64,000 nucleotides of DNA, taken from positions 1,216,001-1,280,000 of the forward strand of contig CAWDVE010000010.1 in NCBI GenBank assembly GCA_963805625.1, read 5' to 3'. Origin of the DNA: an uncultured Candidatus Rokubacteria bacterium. GTDB taxonomy: Bacteria; Methylomirabilota; Methylomirabilia; Rokubacteriales; DASRDR01. This document shows positions 40,330-50,025 of the stretch, in pieces; within the stretch, counting starts at the first letter, position 1; the number at the start of each line of letters is the position of its first letter. The position numbers and the translations under genes were made by a program. The notes beneath the pieces are model-generated. The model made no database searches. It worked only from the letters and a program-made list of their open reading frames with translations, and was not told where the DNA came from.

Positions 40330-41270
40330 TGGTCGCGACTTCGGCCAGATGTCGAGCCACGGCCCCGATGGCTTTCGCGGGGCCCTTGCGCCGGGCGACG
40401 CGTTCATACCGCCGGCTGATGTGACGGGGCGACGTGCGCCCGCGTGTCAGACAGATCGCGTTCGCCGCTTCGACGAACGCCCACTTGAGGTAGCGGTTGA
40501 CGTCGGGGCGCGCGCGGGACCAAATCGGGGCTTCCCGCCGCTCGCGTGGACACGCGGGGGGTCCCGCATAGCTCGCCACCTTCTCGGCCGTGGCCACCCG
40601 CGTGATGTCCCCCTCCTCGAGGGCAATCACCACGGCTAGCGTCAGCCCCACCCCCGGCAGGGTCAGCAGTTGTCGAATTACCGGAGTCGGCGTGAGGGTC
40701 GCCTGGATCCGGCGCTCCAATTCGCCCACCACGCGGTCCAGGTGGCGTGAATCCGTTTCTTGAGCGGCGTCCGCTGTCGGACGAATACCATCCGGGTGCG
40801 CGGCAGATCGCGCTGGTCCCGGAGGGCGCCGGGCGGAATCCACACCGTCGGCAGCGTGCCCGCCTGTTGCCGTCGATTGAGACCCGCGCACGTCGAGCCG
40901 ATCGGTCTTGGTGATCTCGCCCATCCTCAGCTTCGCCTTGCGCGCGTGCACAAGCTTGGGGACGCACCCCGCCGCCTCGATCTCGTCGACGATCCAGTAC
41001 CAGTTGCCCATCGTCTCCACCGCCACCGAGGACCCTCGCTCACACCGTTCGAGAAACTCCCACCGCACCCCGCGCTCATGCGCGATCCGTTGCTCACGAA
41101 TCAGCCGTCCGTCCGGTCGCACCACCGACGCCAGCGTGTCGCGCGTGTGCGCATCGAACGCGATAGACTCGATCGGCTGCGCCTCCTCTCGCGGCTCACA
41201 CCGCCGAGTCTTGTCCAACGCCCACGGTACCCGCACCGTGTGTGGAGGCGCCGCGCTTTCATCCCATCCG
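40330..41270 (-). mobile_element. Decayed IS110-family insertion sequence (transposase pseudogene plus non-coding left end)
   Basis: [54 protein letters not shown]; ATC at the expected start after GAGGAGG; frameshifts and an internal deletion. Confidence 0.88.
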
Positions 41271-41368
41271 CGGGATTCGAACCCGTGTATGATCCCGGCT
41301 CAGGAGCCCATGCTGGCTCGATCTGCCCGAGCGAGGCGATTCGCGGCGGGCGAGGCCCCGGGGGGACC

Positions 41369-43336
41369 ATGGCACACGAGTTTCGCTATCTCTTCACGCC
41401 GATCCGTGTCGGAGGCCTGACCCTCCGGAACCGCATCTTCTCCACCGGGCACGCCGAGGCCATGGCCGAGGACGGAAAGCCCGGCCCGCGGCTCCGCGCA
41501 TACCACGAGGGCAAGGCGCGCGGCGGATGCGCGCTGACGATCATCGGCGGCTCGTCGAGCGTCCACCCCTCCTCCCCGGCGAGCGCGTGGAACATGCCGG
41601 CGAACCACGACGACTCGATCATCCCGGCCTACCGCGCGACCGCCGAGGCCATCCATCGCCACGGGTGCCTGGTCTTCACCCAGCTCACGCACATGGGGCG
41701 GCGCGCCCAGTCGGACAACGAGGGCTGGCACGTGCTCCTCGCCCCGTCCCAGATCCCGGAGCGCGTCCACCGCGAGACTCCACACGCGCTCGAGCCCGAG
41801 CAGATCGCGATGCTCGTGCGGGCGTTCGGCGATGCCGTACGGCGGTGCCGCGAGGGCGGGCTCGACGGGGTCGAGCTCTCGTTCGCCCACAACCACCTGG
41901 TCGATCAGTTCTGGTCCCCGATCTTCAATCAGCGGGCGGACGAGTACGGCGGGAGCCTCGACAACCGGATGCGCTTCGGATTCGAGGTCCTCCGCGAGAT
42001 CCGCCGGCAGATCGGCACCGACTACGTGGTTGGCGCCCGCATCTCCGGGGACGAGTTCACCGACGGCGGCCTCACGGCCGAGGACATGGCGGAGATCGCG
42101 CACCGTCTCGCCGCCTCGGGCCTCGTCGACTTTCTCTCGATCATCGGCGGCGCCGCCCACACGTTCGCGCTCCAGGCGGGCGCCGTCCCGAACATGTCGT
42201 ACCCGAACGCCGTGTACGTCCCGCTGGCGGCGGCCATCAAGGCGGCCGTGCCGGAGATCCCGATCTTCCACGCCACGCGCATCGTCGACCCGGTGCACGC
42301 GGACCAGATCCTGGCCGACGGGTCGGTCGACGTGGTCGGGATGACCCGGGCGCTCATCGCGGACCCGGACATGCCGAGGAAGGCCCGCGAGGGGCGACTC
42401 GACGAGGTCCGCCAGTGCGTGGGCGCGAACGAGGGCTGCATCGACCGCATCTACCAGGGAAAACCCGTCACGTGCATCCAGAACCCGGGCGCCGGACGGG
42501 AGGCCGAACTCGGAGACATCGGGCTGGCGGCGACTCGGAAGCGGGTCGTCGTGGTCGGAGGCGGGGTGGGTGGCCTCGAGACGGCGCGGGTCGCGGCGCT
42601 CCGCGGCCATCGCGTGGTGCTGTTCGAGAAGGGCCACGAGCTGGGCGGGCAGGTGCTCGTCGCCGCCCGCACGCCCGCCCGCGGGGACTACGCGGGGATC
42701 GTGCGGTTCCTGGTACGCCAGGTGGAACGGCAGGGCGTCGACTGCCGGCTATCGGTCGAGGCCGACGTCGAGAGTGTTCTGGCCGAGGCGCCCGACGTCG
42801 TGGTCGTCGCGACCGGTTCGCACGCCCACGTCCCGGCGCTCCCGGGACTCGACGGCAAGCACGTCGTGACGGATCGTGACGTGCTCCTCGATCGCGTCCA
42901 GGTCGGGGAGCGCGTGGTGGTGGTGGACGACGTCCACACCCAGCAGGGACTCTCAACCGCCGACCACCTCCTCGAGCGCGGCCGCCGGGTCGAGGTGGTG
43001 TCCCGCCTCTTCTATGCGGGGCAGGACGTCGGGATCACGTCGATCGTGCCGCTCTACACGCGCCTGTTCTTGAGGGGCGTGGTCTTCACACCCCACACCG
43101 ACCTGGTCGCCGTCGAGGGATCGACGGTCGTCGTCGCCAACGTCTACACCGGCGAGGAGCGCCGCATCGAGGGCGTCGACACGGTCGTGCTATCGATGGG
43201 CGCGCGCTCGACGGACGCGCTCTACCGGGCGTTGCGCGGCCGCGTCCCCGATCTCCACGCGGTGGGAGATTGCGTGGCGCCCCGTGGCGTCCACCACGCC
43301 ATCCTCGAAGGCACCCGCGTCGCCCGCCTTCTCTGA
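41369..43336 (+). CDS. NADH:flavin oxidoreductase (OYE + Fe-S + Rossmann), DgcA-like N-demethylase family
   Basis: NRIFSTGHAE, GGSSSV, QLTHMGRR, GLDGVELS..HNHLVDQFWSP, PNMSYP, CVGANEGCIDR, CIQNP, VVGGGVGG resemble Pseudomonas DgcA as recalled. Confidence 0.85.
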   Translation: MAHEFRYLFTPIRVGGLTLRNRIFSTGHAEAMAEDGKPGPRLRAYHEGKARGGCALTIIGGSSSVHPSSPASAWNMPANHDDSIIPAYRATAEAIHRHGCLVFTQLTHMGRRAQSDNEGWHVLLAPSQIPERVHRETPHALEPEQIAMLVRAFGDAVRRCREGGLDGVELSFAHNHLVDQFWSPIFNQRADEYGGSLDNRMRFGFEVLREIRRQIGTDYVVGARISGDEFTDGGLTAEDMAEIAHRLAASGLVDFLSIIGGAAHTFALQAGAVPNMSYPNAVYVPLAAAIKAAVPEIPIFHATRIVDPVHADQILADGSVDVVGMTRALIADPDMPRKAREGRLDEVRQCVGANEGCIDRIYQGKPVTCIQNPGAGREAELGDIGLAATRKRVVVVGGGVGGLETARVAALRGHRVVLFEKGHELGGQVLVAARTPARGDYAGIVRFLVRQVERQGVDCRLSVEADVESVLAEAPDVVVVATGSHAHVPALPGLDGKHVVTDRDVLLDRVQVGERVVVVDDVHTQQGLSTADHLLERGRRVEVVSRLFYAGQDVGITSIVPLYTRLFLRGVVFTPHTDLVAVEGSTVVVANVYTGEERRIEGVDTVVLSMGARSTDALYRALRGRVPDLHAVGDCVAPRGVHHAILEGTRVARLL

Positions 43337-43394
43337 CGGGTCAGACTTTGCGTTCCCGACATTAACGCGCCGCATCATAGACCGACTGGGTGAA

Positions 43395-44384
43395 ATGTCG
43401 GGAAATCAAAGTCTGACCCCGGTCTGGGTCGTGGCGGAGGAGGCGGCCGGCGAGCCGACGCTCGAGGCACTCGGTGAGGCCGTCGAGCTGGCGCGGCCCG
43501 GCGCCCCGGGCGTGGTGTCGGTCGGTCCCGTCGAGACCCGCGAGGTACTCGCTCCACTGGCGCGCCACGGCGCGGCCCGGCTCGTGCTGCTCCGGACGCC
43601 CGGCGTCGCGTCACCGGCCGAGGTGGGGTGCGCGGTCGGAGCGTGGCTCGGGGCGCACGGCCCCCCCGCGCCGATTGCGCTCCTGCCTCACACGCGCCAC
43701 GGGCTCGGGGCCGCCGCGTACCTCACCGTCCGTCTGGACGCAGCCCTCGCACCCGAGGCCGTGGGTGTCCGAAAAGAGGCCGACGGCGGCCTCGAGATCA
43801 CTCGCCCCGCCTACGGGGACCGCTTGTACGCGACCGTGCGGATCCGGACCGGGACGGCCGCGGTCATCACGCTCCGGCCCGGCGCCCTCGGCGTCGGGCC
43901 GCCCACTGCCGGCCCCCTGGTGACCGTCGAGGAGTGGCCGGCAATGACCGAGGGCGCGCCGGCCGCCGCGCGGGTCCGGCGCGTGATGGCGGCCGATCCC
44001 CGCACCGTCGATCTGCGCGACGCCGAGCGCATCGTCGCCGGCGGCCGGGGCGTGGGGCCCGACGGCTTTCGCCAGCTCGAGATCCTGGCGGATCTCCTCG
44101 GCGCCGCGGTCGGTGGAAGCCGGGTCGCCGTCGACCTCGGCTGGATCCCCTGGGAGCGGCAGATCGGCCAGAGCGGCCGCGCGGTCGCCCCCGAGCTCTA
44201 CCTCGCCTTCGGCATCTCGGGCGCGAGCCAGCACATGGCCGGTATCGAGCGCGCGCGCACCGTGATCGCGGTGAACGCAGACCGGACCGCGCCGCTCCTC
44301 GGGCGGGCGCAACTCGCTGCCCTCGCGGACTGGCGCCCCGTCGCGGAGGCGCTGATCGAGCGCCTCCGGGCGCGCCGGGGCTAG
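43395..44384 (+). CDS. etfA: Electron transfer flavoprotein alpha subunit
   Basis: IVAGGRGVG, VGGSRVAVD, QIGQSG, LYLAFGISGASQH. Confidence 0.92.
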   Translation: MSGNQSLTPVWVVAEEAAGEPTLEALGEAVELARPGAPGVVSVGPVETREVLAPLARHGAARLVLLRTPGVASPAEVGCAVGAWLGAHGPPAPIALLPHTRHGLGAAAYLTVRLDAALAPEAVGVRKEADGGLEITRPAYGDRLYATVRIRTGTAAVITLRPGALGVGPPTAGPLVTVEEWPAMTEGAPAAARVRRVMAADPRTVDLRDAERIVAGGRGVGPDGFRQLEILADLLGAAVGGSRVAVDLGWIPWERQIGQSGRAVAPELYLAFGISGASQHMAGIERARTVIAVNADRTAPLLGRAQLAALADWRPVAEALIERLRARRG

Positions 44385-44387
44385 GCG

Positions 44388-46349
44388 ATGGAGGACGTCA
44401 CGCGCGCCGTCTGGTGGAACGTTCCCCAGTGGCTGGCGACCCTGTTCTACCTCGGCACGGCGGCAGGTCTCCTCGTGAGCGCGCTCGCCCTCGCCCGCCA
44501 CGCCCGCGCCGTGCTCCGCGGGCGGCCGATCGGTCCCGCGCCGGGCTTCCGTCTCGGCCCCGCGATGGGGCGCGTGCTGGCCGACGTGCTGTCGCATCGC
44601 CGGCTGCTCGAGGACCGGGCGGCGGGCTGGGCGCACGCGCTCCTCTTCTACGGCTTCCTCGGCCTCTTTATCGGGACCTGCCTGGTCTTCGTCCACGATC
44701 GCGTCGTCTCCTTCCTCGTCGGCCCGGTGTATCTCCTCTTCTCGTTCATTCTCGAGTGGGCCGGGCTCGCCTTCCTCGCGGGCGTCGGCTGGACCGCCTG
44801 GCGGCGCCTCGCCGGCGGAACGCCCCGGCTCGAGCGAAGCGGCATCGCGCTCGGGATCCTGGCTCTCCTCGGCGCCATAGGAACGACCGGCTTTCTCCTG
44901 GAAGCGGCGCGCATCGCGGCAACCGACCCGTCGTTCGAGACCTGGTCGTTCGTCGGATGGGCAGTGTCCCGCGCCCTGCGCGCGGCGGGCGTGGCGGCCA
45001 CGCCGCTTCACCGCGCACTCTGGGGTGTCCACGCCGCGCTCTGCTGGGTCTTCTTCGGCCTCATCGGGGCAACCGTCCTCCGCCACATGGTCGCCGCGCC
45101 GCTGCAGCTCGCGTTGCGCCAGCTCAGGACCCCTGGCCGACTCGCCCCCTCCCTCGGGGAACCCGCTCCCCTCGCGCCTCAGCGCCTCACCTGGGCTCAG
45201 CTACTCGACGCGGCCACCTGCGTCCGCTGCGGCCGGTGCACGGCGGTGTGCCCCGCGACGGCGGCCGGCAAGCCGCTCGATCCCAGACGCGTGGTCCAGG
45301 CAACGCTCCAGGCGATGCGCGAAGGTCGTCCGCTCGAGACTCTGGTCAGCCCCGAGGAGGCCTGGTCCTGCACGACGTGCGCGGCATGCGTCCGCGCGTG
45401 CCCCTTCGAGATCGAGGTCCTGGACAAGCTCGTCGACCTCAGGCGCACGCTCGTGGAGACGGGCGCCGTCGATGCGGCCACAGCCCGGGCGCTCGAGGCG
45501 ACCGTGGAACGCGGCAACCCGTTCGGCGGCGTGCCGGCCGATCGTCGCGCGTGGGCCGTGGACCTCGGAGTGCGCGAGCTCCGGCCCGGCGAGACGACCG
45601 ACGTGCTCTACTGGGTCGGCTGCGCCGGGGCCTTCGACCCTCATGGACGGCGCATCGCGCGGGCCACCGCACAGCTCTTGCAAGCAGCGGGCGTGGAGTT
45701 CGCAATCCTAGGCTCCGCCGAGACCTGCACCGGGGATCCGGCGCGGCGGATCGGCGACGAGGCCGCGTTCCGCGAGGCCGCCGGCCGCGTGGCGGGAACG
45801 CTCGGTGGCGTCCGGTTCCAGCGGCTCCTGACCCATTGCGCTCACTGCTTCAACGTCTTTCGCAACGAGCTCGCCCCCGCGACGGACGGCACCGCCGTCC
45901 CGGCGGTCCACCACACCCAGCTCCTGGCAGAGCTGGTGCGGTCCGGCCGCCTGGCGCCGCGGGCGGTCACAGCCGAGCCCGTGACCCTCCACGACCCCTG
46001 CTACCTCGCTCGCCACAACGGCGAGACCGCGGCGCCGCGGGCGGCCCTCGCCACCGCGCGCGGCGGGCCGGTCGAGATGCCGCGGAGCGGCGAGGGCACG
46101 TTCTGCTGCGGGGCGGGCGGCGGCGGGGCCTGGGTCGAGGTACGCCAGGGCTCGCGGATCGCGGCACTCCGGATGGCGGAGGCCCGGGAGACCGGAGCGA
46201 GAGTCGTGGCCACAGCCTGTCCCTTCTGCGCGCTCATGCTCGGGGGCGAGACCCAGCCGGGCGACATCGCGGTCCGCGACGTCGCCGAGCTCCTGTGGGA
46301 GAGCCAGCCCGCGGGCACGGGCGGCGGCGCCCGGCCGGAGCCCTCGTGA
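44388..46349 (+). CDS. Membrane Fe-S oxidoreductase (FadF/DgcB/HdrD-like, CCG domains)
   Basis: N-terminal TM helices; CVRCGRCTAVCP, CTTCAACVRACP, HDPCYLAR, CCGAGGG, TACPFC. Confidence 0.9.
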   Translation: MEDVTRAVWWNVPQWLATLFYLGTAAGLLVSALALARHARAVLRGRPIGPAPGFRLGPAMGRVLADVLSHRRLLEDRAAGWAHALLFYGFLGLFIGTCLVFVHDRVVSFLVGPVYLLFSFILEWAGLAFLAGVGWTAWRRLAGGTPRLERSGIALGILALLGAIGTTGFLLEAARIAATDPSFETWSFVGWAVSRALRAAGVAATPLHRALWGVHAALCWVFFGLIGATVLRHMVAAPLQLALRQLRTPGRLAPSLGEPAPLAPQRLTWAQLLDAATCVRCGRCTAVCPATAAGKPLDPRRVVQATLQAMREGRPLETLVSPEEAWSCTTCAACVRACPFEIEVLDKLVDLRRTLVETGAVDAATARALEATVERGNPFGGVPADRRAWAVDLGVRELRPGETTDVLYWVGCAGAFDPHGRRIARATAQLLQAAGVEFAILGSAETCTGDPARRIGDEAAFREAAGRVAGTLGGVRFQRLLTHCAHCFNVFRNELAPATDGTAVPAVHHTQLLAELVRSGRLAPRAVTAEPVTLHDPCYLARHNGETAAPRAALATARGGPVEMPRSGEGTFCCGAGGGGAWVEVRQGSRIAALRMAEARETGARVVATACPFCALMLGGETQPGDIAVRDVAELLWESQPAGTGGGARPEPS

Positions 46350-47248
46350 TCGCGCTGGTCCTCGTCCACGAAGGGCTCGACGTCTCGATCGACCTCGACC
46401 TCCGCGCACCCGGGCCCGACGGCGGCACCGTGGGCCACCGAGGAGGCGACCGGCTCGTCGTGACGGCCAGGGCGGACCGCGCTGCCCTCGAGTGGGCGCT
46501 GGCGCTCACGGACCGCGTGGTCGTCCTCACGGTCAGCCCTCCTGGGTCGGAGGGCGTGCTCGCGTGGGCCCTCGGCCGGGGCGCTGGTCGGGCCGTGAGG
46601 ATCTGGGACGACGCGCTCGACGTGCTCGATCTCGGGTCAATGGCGCGGGTCGTCTCGGCGGCTGTACGGCGGATCGCCCCGGATGTCGTCGTCGCCGGAG
46701 AGCGCGGCCTCGCCGGCGCCACCGGCGCCCTCCCCGCGCTCGTGGCCGCACACCTCGGCTGGCCGTGCGTCGACGGCGCCATCCGGCTTGCCCGCGAGGA
46801 GGACGAGCTCGTCGTCGAGCGGCGGCTCCAGGGCGGCCGCCGCGAGGAGCTCGCGGTCCAGTGTCCGGGCGTCGTCACCGTGGCCGCGGATTCCGCCGAG
46901 CCGCGCTACGTGTCGATTCGCGCCCGGCGCGACGCGGCACGACGCGGCCACGAGACCTGGTCGTTGGCGGACCTCGGTCTCACGGAGGACGCCGTGCGCG
47001 GGGCGGTGAGGGTCCGCGTGGACCGGGTGGACTGGCCCAGGCCGCGACCCCGCCGGACGGCCACGGCAGTCCCGGCGGGTCCCGCTCGCTCGGCCGCCGA
47101 CCGCCTCCGCCAGCTCGTCGGCGGCGGCCGCGCCGGCGCCGGACAGGGTGCTCCGGCGGTCCCGTCCGCGTCCGGTCTGGTGGAGGGCGACCCCCGCGCG
47201 GTCGCCGACCGCATCATGGCCTTCCTCGAGCAGCGCGGCTTCGTCTGA
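46346..47248 (+). CDS. etfB: Electron transfer flavoprotein beta subunit
   Basis: ADRAALEWAL, ALGRGA.RAVRIWD, AAHLGWP, EPRYVS; GTGA overlap. Confidence 0.85.
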   Translation: MIALVLVHEGLDVSIDLDLRAPGPDGGTVGHRGGDRLVVTARADRAALEWALALTDRVVVLTVSPPGSEGVLAWALGRGAGRAVRIWDDALDVLDLGSMARVVSAAVRRIAPDVVVAGERGLAGATGALPALVAAHLGWPCVDGAIRLAREEDELVVERRLQGGRREELAVQCPGVVTVAADSAEPRYVSIRARRDAARRGHETWSLADLGLTEDAVRGAVRVRVDRVDWPRPRPRRTATAVPAGPARSAADRLRQLVGGGRAGAGQGAPAVPSASGLVEGDPRAVADRIMAFLEQRGFV

Positions 47249-47269
47249 GCGTGCGAGAAGGAGCGCCTC

Positions 47270-48835
47270 ATGAACGCGTCGGACTTCCTGCCCGCCGAAT
47301 TCAACGTCGCAAGCTGGTTCGTCGACCGCCCCGTGGCCGAGGGACGCGGGACGGCGCCCGCGTTCCACTGCGAGGGTCGGATCCTCACCTACGCCGACGT
47401 GCGGGAGCTCGCCGATCGCACCGGACACGCGCTCCGCGAGCTGGGCGTCGAGATGGAGCAGCGCGTCGTCATGATCTGCCTCGATGCGCCCGAGTTCCTC
47501 GGCGCGTTCTGGGGCACCATCAAGATCGGCGCGGTCCCGGTGCCGGTGAACACCCTCCTGCGGGCCCCGGACTATCGCTACGTTCTCGATGACAGCCGCG
47601 CCCGGGTGGCGGTCGTCTCGTCGGCCCTCCTGGCCGAGGCGACTCCGGCGCTCGAGGACGCGCGACATCTCCGCCACGTGCTGGTCGCGGGCGGCGCGCC
47701 CGGGCCCCACCTCTCGTTCGAGGACCGGATCGCCCGGGCGCCCGCCACCCTCGAGGCCGCGCCCACCTCTCGCGACGACGTCGCGTTCTGGCTGTACTCC
47801 TCGGGCTCGACGGGCCGCCCAAAAGGAGCCGTCCACCTCCACCACGACATGGTCATCTCCGCCGAGACCTATGCGAAGCAGGTGCTCGGCCTCCGGTCGA
47901 CCGACAAGGTGTACTCGGCCGCCAAGCTCTTCTTCGCCTACGGTCTCGGTAACGCGTGCTACTTCCCGATGAGCGTCGGCGGGCAGAGCGTGCTGTACCC
48001 GCAGCGGCCGACGCCGGACGCCGTGTTCGAGCTGATCACGCGTCAGCGTCCGACGATCTTCTTCGGCGTCCCGACGCTCTATGCTGCGATGCTCGCCGCG
48101 AAGGAGGCCGAGGGGCGGTTCGACCTCTCGTCGCTCCGCCTCTGCGTGTCGGCGGGCGAGGCGCTGCCGGCGGATCTTTATCGCCGCTGGCACGAGCGCT
48201 TCGGCGTGGAGATCGTCGACGGCATCGGCACCACGGAGACCGGCCACATCTTCCTGTCGAACCGGCCGGGCGGCGCGCGCCCGGGGTCCTCGGGCCTGCC
48301 GGTCCCCGGCTATGAGTGCGCGATCGTCGACGACGAGGGCCGGCCCGTCCCGCCGGGGGAGATCGGGAACCTCCGCGTCCGCGGCGACTCGACGATGGCG
48401 TACTACTGGAACAAGCACGAGAAGACGAAGGACACGCTCTTCGGCCCGTGGATCCAGACCGGCGACAAGTACCACCGCGACGCGGACGGCTACTTCTGGT
48501 ACGACGGCCGGGGCGACGACATGCTGAAGGTCGGCGGCATCTGGGTCTCGCCGATCGAGGTCGAGGCGACGCTGATCCAGCACGACGCGGTCCTCGAGGC
48601 CGCCGTGGTCGGCCAGGAGGACGACGACCGGCTGGTCAAGCCCCGAGCCTACGTCGTCCTCAAGGACCCCGGCCGGGCGTCCGAGGCGCTCGCCGGTGAG
48701 CTCCGCGCCTTCGTGAAGGACAAGATCGCTCCCTACAAGTATCCGCGATGGATCGATTTCGTCCCGGAACTTCCCAAGACCGCCACCGGCAAGATCCAGC
48801 GCTTCAAGCTGCGCCAGGGAACGGCCCGCACCTGA
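47270..48835 (+). CDS. Benzoate-CoA ligase family acyl-CoA synthetase
   Basis: FWLYSSGSTGRPKG, SAAKLFFAYGLGN, SAGEALP, DGIGTTE, HIFLSN, KVGGIWVSP, PKTATGKIQRFKLR. Confidence 0.92.
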   Translation: MNASDFLPAEFNVASWFVDRPVAEGRGTAPAFHCEGRILTYADVRELADRTGHALRELGVEMEQRVVMICLDAPEFLGAFWGTIKIGAVPVPVNTLLRAPDYRYVLDDSRARVAVVSSALLAEATPALEDARHLRHVLVAGGAPGPHLSFEDRIARAPATLEAAPTSRDDVAFWLYSSGSTGRPKGAVHLHHDMVISAETYAKQVLGLRSTDKVYSAAKLFFAYGLGNACYFPMSVGGQSVLYPQRPTPDAVFELITRQRPTIFFGVPTLYAAMLAAKEAEGRFDLSSLRLCVSAGEALPADLYRRWHERFGVEIVDGIGTTETGHIFLSNRPGGARPGSSGLPVPGYECAIVDDEGRPVPPGEIGNLRVRGDSTMAYYWNKHEKTKDTLFGPWIQTGDKYHRDADGYFWYDGRGDDMLKVGGIWVSPIEVEATLIQHDAVLEAAVVGQEDDDRLVKPRAYVVLKDPGRASEALAGELRAFVKDKIAPYKYPRWIDFVPELPKTATGKIQRFKLRQGTART

Positions 48836-48846
48836 CCGGGCGCGAC

Positions 48847-49587
48847 GTGCTGTGCGCCCTCGCCGGGGCCGTCGCCTTGCTCCTCGCTCTCGGCCTCCCG
48901 GGCGCCGCCTCGGCGCGGTCGCCGCTCGTCGCGGAGCTCGAGATCCTGGCCACGCGGTACCACGAGAACCCGGCGCGGCTCGACGCGGTCCGGGACGGCC
49001 TCGCGCAGGCGGCACAGCAGGAGCCCGATCCGGAGACCTGGATCGCGCTCGCCCGCGTCTGCTTCATCTGGGGTGACGTCCGGGCGACCACCGCCGAGCA
49101 GAAGCTCGCCGCCTACGCCGAGGGACGGGAGGCGGCCCGACGCGCGGTCGAGCTGGCGCCACGCGCTCCCCTCGCCCACCTGTTCCGCGGGATCAACGCG
49201 GGGCGCTGGGGTCAGACGAAGGGCGTCATGCGATCGCTGTTTCTCCTGCCGGAGGTGCGCGAGGCCATCCGCCAGACGCTCGAGCTGGACCCCCGGCTGC
49301 CGGCCGCCTACGCGCTGGCAGGGAACGTCGACTACGAGGTCCCCGGGCTCTTCGGGGGCAGCCTGGAGCGCGCGGAGGGATACTTCCGTAAAGGGCTCGA
49401 GGTCGACCCGCGCTTCACGGCGCTCCGGATCGGCCTGGCCAAGGTCCTGCGAAAGCAAGGGCGGGTGGTCGAGGCGCGGCGGGAGCTCAGGGCGGTGCTC
49501 GACGAGACCGCCCCGACAAACCCCGCGGAGTGGTCGATGAGTGACCGTCCCGACGCCCGCGCGCTCCTGGGCGCGCTCGGAGGCTGA
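48847..49587 (+). CDS. Secreted TPR-repeat protein
   Basis: Signal-like N-terminus; repeated A..AVELAP / LELDP / LEVDP helices, VPGLFGGS; start uncertain. Confidence 0.75.
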   Translation: MLCALAGAVALLLALGLPGAASARSPLVAELEILATRYHENPARLDAVRDGLAQAAQQEPDPETWIALARVCFIWGDVRATTAEQKLAAYAEGREAARRAVELAPRAPLAHLFRGINAGRWGQTKGVMRSLFLLPEVREAIRQTLELDPRLPAAYALAGNVDYEVPGLFGGSLERAEGYFRKGLEVDPRFTALRIGLAKVLRKQGRVVEARRELRAVLDETAPTNPAEWSMSDRPDARALLGALGG

Positions 49588-49659
49588 GAACCCCAGCGCC
49601 GAGCCGGCGCTCACCAGCTCGCTTGGCCCCGGCCAGTCGGCGCGAGGTGGGTCGGCGGA

Positions 49660-49926
49660 TCAGGAGGCCCGGGAGCGGGCGGGGACGACGAGGAAGTCGA
49701 GTAGGGCCCAGCTCGCGGGCTCGAAACCGCGACGGTCGCGGCGCCGCCGCTCCGACCCCGGCGAGGAATCGCCGGAGGATCGTCGCCGCTCGCCGATCCG
49801 CCGGTCCCAGACCACGTCGACCCCCTCCGTCGCGAAGGCCGCCCGCAAGGCCGCGAAGCGATCGACGGCCCCTGCTCGCACGATGATGAGCGCAGTGGGC
49901 TCGACGGCGCGTCCGGCTTCATTCAT
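49660..49926 (-). CDS. Small protein with tandem DRR/ERR arginine motifs
   Basis: MNEAG...LIIVR...VDVVWDRRIGERRR...SERRRRDRRG...WALLDFLVVP. Confidence 0.6.
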   Translation of the reverse strand: MNEAGRAVEPTALIIVRAGAVDRFAALRAAFATEGVDVVWDRRIGERRRSSGDSSPGSERRRRDRRGFEPASWALLDFLVVPARSRAS

Positions 49927-50025
49927 GCATGTGCCCCCGGAGGATGTACTCTGCGCCGGAGCGCTCGCCCCGTCAACGCCGCCTCGGTCGACACGCCGGG
50001 GCATCCTGGTCTAGGCTTGGCCCGC

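Noticed and set aside
41263-41290. tRNA gene suggested by GGGTTCGAATCCC
   Set aside because: Only a T-arm-like hairpin is present; no acceptor stem, D-arm or anticodon arm can be formed from the flanks
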